This document shows positions 55,958 through 64,000 of a stretch of DNA of 64,000 nucleotides, one piece after another. The notes under the pieces were generated by a model. The model had not been told where the DNA came from. It did no database searches and saw only the letters and a list, made by a program, of their open reading frames with translations. This DNA comes from Trichoplax adhaerens (lineage: Eukaryota > Animalia > Placozoa). Made by a program: the position numbers and the translations under genes. Position 1 is the first letter of the stretch. Each line of letters begins with the position of its first letter. Location of the stretch: the NCBI RefSeq assembly GCF_000150275.1, contig NW_002060945.1, positions 7,330,939 to 7,394,938 on the forward strand. The letters run 5' to 3'.

Positions 55958-58886
55958 TTAAGAAATTGACATCACAGGTCTGGCTAATTTAGCCTGTAAT
56001 CCTTCATTGGCAGCAGAAAATCCTGTACCTCCCTAATAAACAAATATAAAGCTTACATTATTGAGCGTACGAATTTCACATCTAAAAAAATATACCCAAA
56101 TTTTAAACGACTTAGTTTTTGCACCATGGTACTAGTGGTAGTTGATAAATTTGAGCCATTAAATATGGTAGTGGTATAGTAGTTCACGATTATGTAAACT
56201 TACCCTCTGTAACACAATAATGTCTTTCTCCGTTATCTTAGTGGACGTAAACGGATCGATCATATCTTTTTTCACGATTTTTTCGATACTTTCCATAGAG
56301 ACTACTTTACCACTGAATATTATTTCGTCATTGTAGAAAATAGATTTTAATTTTATTGTTATAGAGCATTCTAGCAGAATATTAAAGTGCCATCAAGTCG
56401 TTAAAATTTGATTTACCTCGATCGTAGCACAGCTGCAGGAACAGAATTACTCAGAGTATCATGAGTGATTGGACACATATACCGAGCCTGATTAATGTTG
56501 TTGTTAAGAGAAGACATTAAATACCGTCAACCGGTAGTTTCTATACAGTATAATGACTATCATTGTAACATGTAGACAAAATATGCCAAAGGTATCATAT
56601 TACATCTTTGCATATGAGCGATCTTTTATCATCCTTGTCAACGATTTCAGTAAATTCTACAGGGATAAGGTCCTTAATTTTTATAGGTTTACCACTCATC
56701 GGACAATATGTTTTGTTATCCTTTATATAAAAGAAATTAAGTTACGACAATGGTAAAGAGTCTTTTCCTATTTTGACAGATTTCTAGCGATGGACTTGTA
56801 AACTTACAGGCTTTTTAATTAATGTTGGCTTGGCTTGAGGTGTTAGTGAAGGAACCCAAAAACTAGTTAGATTCTTATCTTCAGTTGTAGAACTACTACT
56901 ACTAGCTAGATTTTGAATGCACACAATAGAATTATTGATATTTTCAACAGATCCACGGTAGAGAAAAACAACGCCAATCATTATGAGCTGATACCTTTTA
57001 AATCACTTTGTATGGAAGCCTTGCTAGTAAATGTGGAAGTTTTCGATGTTATGCTATTTTCTGTAAGATATTAATTGTAACTTGGATTAAGCATTTTTTT
57101 AATCAGATATGTACTCTTCATCTTTTGAAAGAGCAGATTTCACGTTTTAATAAGCATATAATACTATAATGACACAAGCCAATCAAGAGGTTATATATGA
57201 AGAATATCTCCAAGAATGTTACACAATATTAAATATTACATTAACATCAACTTTGTAACATTGAAAAATTGTTTTACCCGTACCTGTGGCTTTAAAAGCT
57301 TCAACTTTAGCTTGCTCTTCAGAAGCAGCTATTGCAGAAGTTTCTTTCTAGGTATTACATGAATAGTAATTGAAATCGATAACATTACATTGTAAATAGT
57401 TTAATTGGCAACTTGGCACTGGATAATAATCATCATTTGAATAGGATCTACCACTACCATTTTACATCAGATTTTTATAAAAGTTCTGAGCTAAGCAATA
57501 CCACAACTTTAAGAAATTGGAAAAATTTGAATAAATGGTATTAATTCAATTACAACACCATACTTGCTGTTCTTTCAATTGTTTTTCATAAGCCTTCATT
57601 TTTAATGCAGCTAGAAGATGAATAACGATAACATAATAACATTAGTGTTTCTATACAATCATTGGCATTCACGGTTACTCAATCTTCGTTACCATCCAAT
57701 TGAACAAGATGAGTCAATTTGATCAGTTAAGTTAAAAAGAGATCTTCTATGAACGTCTTGTTATAGTAATTCAATCTAAATGTGTAGAGTATTGGCTTTG
57801 GCTATCACTGGGTGTATGCAAGGAATAATATTGAAGAAGTGTGATTATAATCGGATATCGTCTATAGGGTAAACTATGAATAGAGCATCGATTGAATGAG
57901 ACATCTGATTGCAACAGAAGCCTGAGTTATTCTAGTATACCGTATAATAACTGCAATCTTTCAACATGCTACCCTGTAAGGTTTGACTTTCCATCATGTA
58001 CAGTACCTTCTTTCTTTTGACGTAGTAGTGCAGAAAATATGGCTTCCTTGTCGTAGAGATAACCATCAGGCCTATCGATGCAAGGTAAAACGTTCAAATT
58101 AGAGTATTTACAGGTTGGTTTTCTTTCTATCAGGATACTCGTGTACTTTACAATCATCCACTACCGTTAGCACTATCAGCAATGCCCTATCCATGCGATC
58201 GTAAGATGAGCAATGATTCCATTGTTGAGTGTCTACATCTATCATACTAATATACTATACCGTGTACACACTTACGTCATAACAGGATCTCTGCACGGTT
58301 GCAATGTTAAACAGCAGCAATCGAAACCCTAGAGAACATGTTTACAGTTGTTTGAATATGATACAAAATGTACAAATTGTAGGCATGCATGCAGTATAGC
58401 TATGTGCTATCATGCTGAAATCAACTGTCTATATCATGATAAAGTACATGGGTAATATGAATAGTATCCACTACAGTAATTATACTTACTCGAACAGAGT
58501 CTTTACTCAATCGAATGGATCGTGTCCCATAGCCGGAGATTTCTAAAACAGAAATGATATCCCAGTTTAGCGACAATACTAACATGGGACAGTCGAATGC
58601 AAACATTTCCATAAGCATTCAACACCCCCTAGTTGTCATCGTTGATGTTTCAACAATACAGTATTGATTGACATTGTACAGTCGAAGGAAAGACTAAGAG
58701 TGTAGAATAAGGAGAATTGCATTCAACACCAACTAGTTTGTTATGCTTCACAAATGCGACATGATTAGTACTTGCTATCAACGCTATCAACTGAAAAGGA
58801 TCAATGTGTACAGTACTTGTATCTTTCTGACGCTCATGGTATGAGTAAACAGGTCCTGCTGTACAATTTCTTGAGTGTCGTGTCAT
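55958..58886 (-). CDS. NOSIP: Nitric oxide synthase-interacting protein (RING/U-box-like), multi-exon
   Basis: MTRHSRNCTAGPVYSYHERQKD, SGYGTRSIRLSKDSV, FDCCCLTLQPCRDPVMTPDGYLYDKEAI, SFWVPSLTP and terminal GGTGFSAANEGLQAKLARPVMSIS-stop. Confidence 0.95.
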
Positions 58887-59140
58887 TATTGAAACGCTGA
58901 ATTGGATAAGTTGAAGTCGATGGATGCAAGAAATTGATCGATGGAGTAAATTGCCAACAACTGATCGATGGCAGACGAGGCAGAGTGATGAAGACCGAGG
59001 ACTATTTTTGGGCCTTGGCAATCACGGTGCTATATTGTGTTGAGTACAGTAGATTGATGATAGACTTGTGTATGGGGTGTTTGTTCTTTGACCAGTGCCC
59101 TACTGATGCTAGTACTGTACTAATAGTCCAATACCAATGA

Positions 59141-59719
59141 CCAGTATGTACTGAGCCTGCGCAAGCACCAGCCTGGCCTGAGTACCGTAACAAACCGAAC
59201 CGTACCGCACTGACCAGTGACCAGTAGACTGTATTCACTACTGGCTATGTGAGCACTGGTACAGGCGCTACGGTGCTATAGTTTTTTCTTTTACCACGAA
59301 AATTGTATCCAGTCACTTGGACTTGTACTGTCCAGTATGTACTGAGCCTGCGCAAGCACCAGCCTGGTCTGAGTACCGTAACGAACCGCACCGAACCAGA
59401 CCGTACCGTAGTGACCAGTAGACTGTACTCACTACTGGCTATGTGAGCACTGGTACAGGCACTACGGTGCTATAGTTTTTTCTTTTACCACGAAAATTGT
59501 ATCCACTCACTGGGACTTGTACTGTCCAGCATGTACTGAGCCTGCGCGAGCACCAGCCTGGTCTGAGTACCGTAACGAACCGCACCGAACCAGACCGTAC
59601 CGTAGTGACCAGTAGACTGCACTCACTACTGGCTATGTGAGCACTGGTACAGGCACTACAGTGCTATAGTTTTTTCTTTTACCACGAAAATTGTATCCAC
59701 TCACTGGGACTTGTACTGT
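59141..59719. repeat. Tandem repeat, ~193-bp unit x3, directly upstream of NOSIP
   Basis: CCAGYATGTACTGAGCCTGCGC starts at 59141, 59332 and 59526. Confidence 0.95.
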
Positions 59720-59957
59720 ATGTTGTTAGTAAGACAGGCAAAGCCTCCCTTAGAACCCGTGGACTATACTGTTCTATGCTGTCAGTGGAAGTTAGTGCGT
59801 ATCAGATCATTTTCTCTATTTTTTCCCTTGATTGGACTACGCCTGTTCTCAACTTGAAAACCTACTTCTGTACTTCAATATGCTATCGATTTTTCTAGCT
59901 ACCAGGTGAGGGAGGACTCTGCTGTTCGCTGTCGGCGTTTTCTTCAGTCCAATCCAT

Positions 59958-60388
59958 ATTGAATTCTGCATGGAAATTCACCAGAGTGTACAGTACAATA
60001 TAATACAGTGCTGTACTGTACACTGTACAGTGTGGACGGGCTAATTTCGATGATTTTTGTGAAAGTAAATGGAAAAAATCTTTGATTTCTTCCATAAATT
60101 TTATATGAAACCAAAGAGAATGACTTAAATTACAAGGATCCATTGTCAGAATTACTATACAAAGCATAACTTCTTTGTAAATTACGTTTAAATACAAACC
60201 GTTATTTCCAAAACTACAGTACGCAAAAATCTCCACACGATACAGTATATCGATCATAACGGTTCCGCACCAGACCGAACCGGTCTCAGATCTACAGTAC
60301 ACACGAATTTACTTACAGTATAATGTACTGTAACCGGATACTGTACAATGTACTGTACACTCTGATCCATTTCGATGCAGAATTGAAT
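59958..60388. repeat. 40-bp imperfect inverted repeat flanking ~350 bp; possible degenerate MITE
   Basis: 59958-59997 matches the reverse complement of 60349-60388 at 35/40 positions. No target-site duplication was identified. Confidence 0.5.
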
Positions 60389-61668
60389 TCCTAACTTAAA
60401 CTACAAAGTCCATCAAAATTTAATAGAAGTGAGTATGCAGACATCCAGAGAGATTGATCAATTTTACATAAAATGGATGAATATCCAAGCATTTTATTGC
60501 ATTTTTCATAATCTGATAGGAAATTAATCACATCTCGTACTGGTACAGTGCTACTCTTTACAGTCGACACTATACAGTACTGTAATATAGTTACATAAAC
60601 TGGCAGTCTCTTTTCTAGACTAGGAGTAATCGGTGCATACCGCAGATTGTATTACTTCAAATTTGAATCAATATTAAGTTGTTATTATTTTACGTCAATT
60701 GATATCATTCGCCAGCAGGATTAGTGCAGATGTCATTTTCATTTTCTCCAATAAACCAACTCGCCAGAAGGATATAGGTGCAAGCAGATGAAGGATGAAT
60801 TGAAATACCACAACACGAAAACTGTACAAGCGCTGCGACCCAAATGAGCCGTAGAAAGGTAAATATCAATTGAACTTGACTCTCTTTTGGACATCGACTA
60901 CAATTATACTGTACTCTATTACTATAAAGTGGTTGATGATTGATCATGATGGTATGCCTATCGGTATAATGCAGACATACAAGACCAAGTAATCGTCATG
61001 TCATGACTACCTTAAGTTCAAAATATCTTACAATTCTGTCATACAATACGGTCTACGCAATAATGTGGAAAAGCCTCCTTAACACTGCATGATAGTGCAT
61101 ACGATCGTTGTTTTCCTCTATCTTGACTGTACTGTACTCAAAGAGTGATTGCATCCCATGCAATATTTATATCCAACCTTACTAACGCGATACTGTACTT
61201 GCTTAGTTACCTCGGCTTAGAGATATTGACTGAACTCTTGAAAGAGGAGTCAGTTGCATTTTCCATCCTATCAACAGCAACAGGGTTCATCCTACGCTAC
61301 CTGATGGATGCAATAGTGAGCGCATAGTTCTAACACCCATAATTATAAAATGATGCAAAACAGTCAATCATGGACGCAATACATATACCGATATATACTG
61401 TACTATATACAGAATAGTAATAGATGATATTATTAATGAAATTGTTGTACAGCCCCTCCGAATATTGTATTACTTGTATGAGACAGTATATCTGTATGTA
61501 ATAGTCTTAACCACATAAACATGTAATTAACCAATAGACAATATGAGTTGAAAATAATGATATAGAATATGTAATGGATAGATAGATGGCCGCGCAACTA
61601 TATCTATCTTTGTACAGTATGTGTACATATACGATCAAGTTATAGCTCCTAAATTTGAGCGCACTGTG

Positions 61669-62812
61669 ATGTTTCTACAGACATTGCCGCGCTGTAGATA
61701 TACAAAAGAAGATTTCACCCAAGTTTACGATCTCGCTGCAGAGCTCGCACAGCAAGGAATAGTGCAAAGAGAAATATCACGTGAAATTTTGACCCGTTAT
61801 AAAGGCATAGGTAAATCAACCGTTTACAAAGCAATCGCAAAAGCTCAAGAAAAACTACTTAACCAGGTCAACATGAACTCCAATAATAACCGCAAGTTAT
61901 CCAACATCAACTCCAATGACAACCGCAAGTTATCCAATAAAGCTGCGACTGCTAAATCTGGTAAAAATGAAAAGAATTCCATCTACTTTACCAATTAATT
62001 CACCAATAAGGCTTGCTTGTAATAAATCAATCCTGGTATATGAAGAATTTAATTTTATTTTCCTATCGACCTGTATATGTAGGTAAACAACCATCTATTG
62101 GCAAAGCGCAATCAGTACCTCAGTCTGGAATTGTATCAGCAACGGTACAGAAATTTTCGGCAACATTCTACTCATTTCTTTCTTTTCTACATTCTCTTAT
62201 ATACGCGTATAAAACATTCTGTCATGTTGATAATTAGAATAATCGATGCCATACTATACGCTATTGCTAGTGTATTACCCCTTGTTGAGCGTATTGAAAA
62301 TGAACAAACGATATTACCGATATCAAGTTTTGGACCTAATGGATAATTATAATTTCTTGGTAATAGGCTAACGATGGTAAGCGAACGACAAGGACCAATT
62401 ATATTTTAAGAAATATAGAGTTAAAAAATCTTGGACCTCAATTTGATGATTTAGATTTCTCTTGCTATTTCGATATGGATAATCGAGAACGTAAAAAATG
62501 CCCAAAAAGATGTGATTTTCAAGTCAATAAAAAGTCAATGTAAGTACCAGTATCGATATTCATATATTCAAGGTTGAAAGGACATTTTTTATCACACTCT
62601 TAAAACATATTATTATGTATGTATTAATATAACCTCTTATTAAAACAAGTGACACATGCGACTGCTTAAATGTGGATTGTCCTGGATGCTATTTCCCTTG
62701 CTCAGAGTGTGGTTCGTTAAAATGTGGAGTTGCTTGCAGAGCAAATCGGAAGTGGTTATATGAAAAAGATGAGATAGAAATCGAGCCAATTCTACGTAGT
62801 AGAATGCAATAG
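61669..62812 (+). CDS. ARL14EP: ARL14 effector protein-like (ARF7EP_C cysteine-rich domain) with a putative N-terminal helix-turn-helix
   Basis: The last exon ~62650-62812 encodes [38 protein letters not shown], the ARL14EP signature. Exon ~62367-62539 encodes [12 protein letters not shown]. Upstream exons ~61669-61960 and ~62083-62144 join in phase via GT-AG. The start codon is uncertain. Confidence 0.8.
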
Positions 62813-63381
62813 AGGTATTGCAATCACTGTAATCATCATAAAGGTGAACGGGATGGCAAAAAAATCTTCATGGTAATTATTCCCATATATTGTATATACG
62901 CGTATATGCTGTTTATTATTGTGCAACTCAGAAACAATACATCTTGTTATATCACCAGTTGTTCTTGTCTACTAGTGTGCAATAATAGTGTATGTTGAAA
63001 TTGTACCCTACTTTCCAGCGAATTCTTAATTTAATTATCAACAAGACTTGAGAGGAGATGCAAGTGAATACCTACACTGATGTAATAACTACAATTACTG
63101 ATACAAATATGAGTAGGCAATCTACTGTTAGAGGAGCCTATTTCGTATATTCTTCACTACACTACTAAATTATTACTTTTCAATTTTACTATAAAGTATG
63201 GAACCCATTTGCAAGGTTGTCCAAAATTCGCTATTATTGCTGTAATAATAATAACATGATAAATAAAAATGTTTGATGCTCATTAACCTTGTCAAAAAAC
63301 CTTGATAAAGCATTTGTAAAGATTGGTGATTGCTGACTAACGTGTATGCAGTTTTCAAGAGAGGCAATTATTGTTTCAGCC

Positions 63382-63586
63382 ACGTTTACTCTATTAAATT
63401 ATCTCTGCGCTAGCTAGCGGAAAAAATTCATGACGGAAATTGATTCGAATCTAATAGCAGTTAATTACTTTCAATATATTGACAACGTTTACTGTATTAA
63501 ATTATCTCTGCGCTAGCGGAAAAAAATTCATGACGGAAATTGATTCGAATCTGACAGTAATTAATTACTTTCAATATATTGACAAC
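63382..63586. repeat. Tandem duplication, ~103-bp unit x2
   Basis: ACGTTTACT.TATTAAATTATCTCTGCGCTAGC...TTCAATATATTGACA starts at 63382 and 63485. Confidence 0.92.
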
Positions 63587-64000
63587 ATTTCTTAATGTTG
63601 ACATGAAACTAGATAACCGTTTTCTAAGGCTCCAAGCTAAGTGATGTTGTATAATATACAGTACAGTAAATCACAAGGTCTTGAGCATTTAATTGGATTA
63701 GCGTTATTCTATCGGTATGATCGATGGGTTAACTGATGTTTACTGGCTGAATGTAATCAAATTATGGCATTTGTCCCAACCTTAGTAGTTTGTAATAGTA
63801 TTGAGATCATAAAATTAATAATTAATAAGATTAATAGCATTGACAAAGATTTAGCGACTAAAGTCTTCAAGAATATTCCGATGTAAATGAATGTACGTAC
63901 AGGCTGTTTAATTTACAGTAACATTTTTATTACCAAAGGAAGACAAAATGCATGCAATTTCGATATAATACACTGTAAATGAGCGAAAATTTATTGGTTA

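Overview
AT-rich, gene-dense eukaryotic (animal) DNA with many short GT-AG introns. Base composition, intron size and gene compactness suggest an early-branching metazoan such as the placozoan Trichoplax; this is an inference, not verified. Eight spliced protein-coding genes were reconstructed by hand from ORF fragments and splice sites: UTP20 (+), NUP205 (-), atypical E2F7/8 (+), MON1 (+), WAVE/SCAR (-), mitochondrial glutamate carrier SLC25A18/22 (+), NOSIP (-) and an ARL14EP-like gene (+). Homology calls rest on remembered family motifs, since no search was run. No tRNA, rRNA, CRISPR array or intact transposase was seen. The most unusual observations are: (1) a 79-bp tandem array between WAVE and the glutamate carrier, each unit carrying a nuclear-receptor-type inverted repeat (AGTTCA-A-TGACCT) preceded by either AGGTCA or CCACGTCA; (2) an ARL14EP-type cysteine domain apparently spliced to a helix-turn-helix-like N-terminus; (3) a different private tandem array at nearly every promoter or early intron, embedded in TACAGTAC/GTACTGTA-rich DNA; (4) a U12-type intron in NUP205; (5) a palindromic E2F site with a CCAAT box upstream of E2F7/8.
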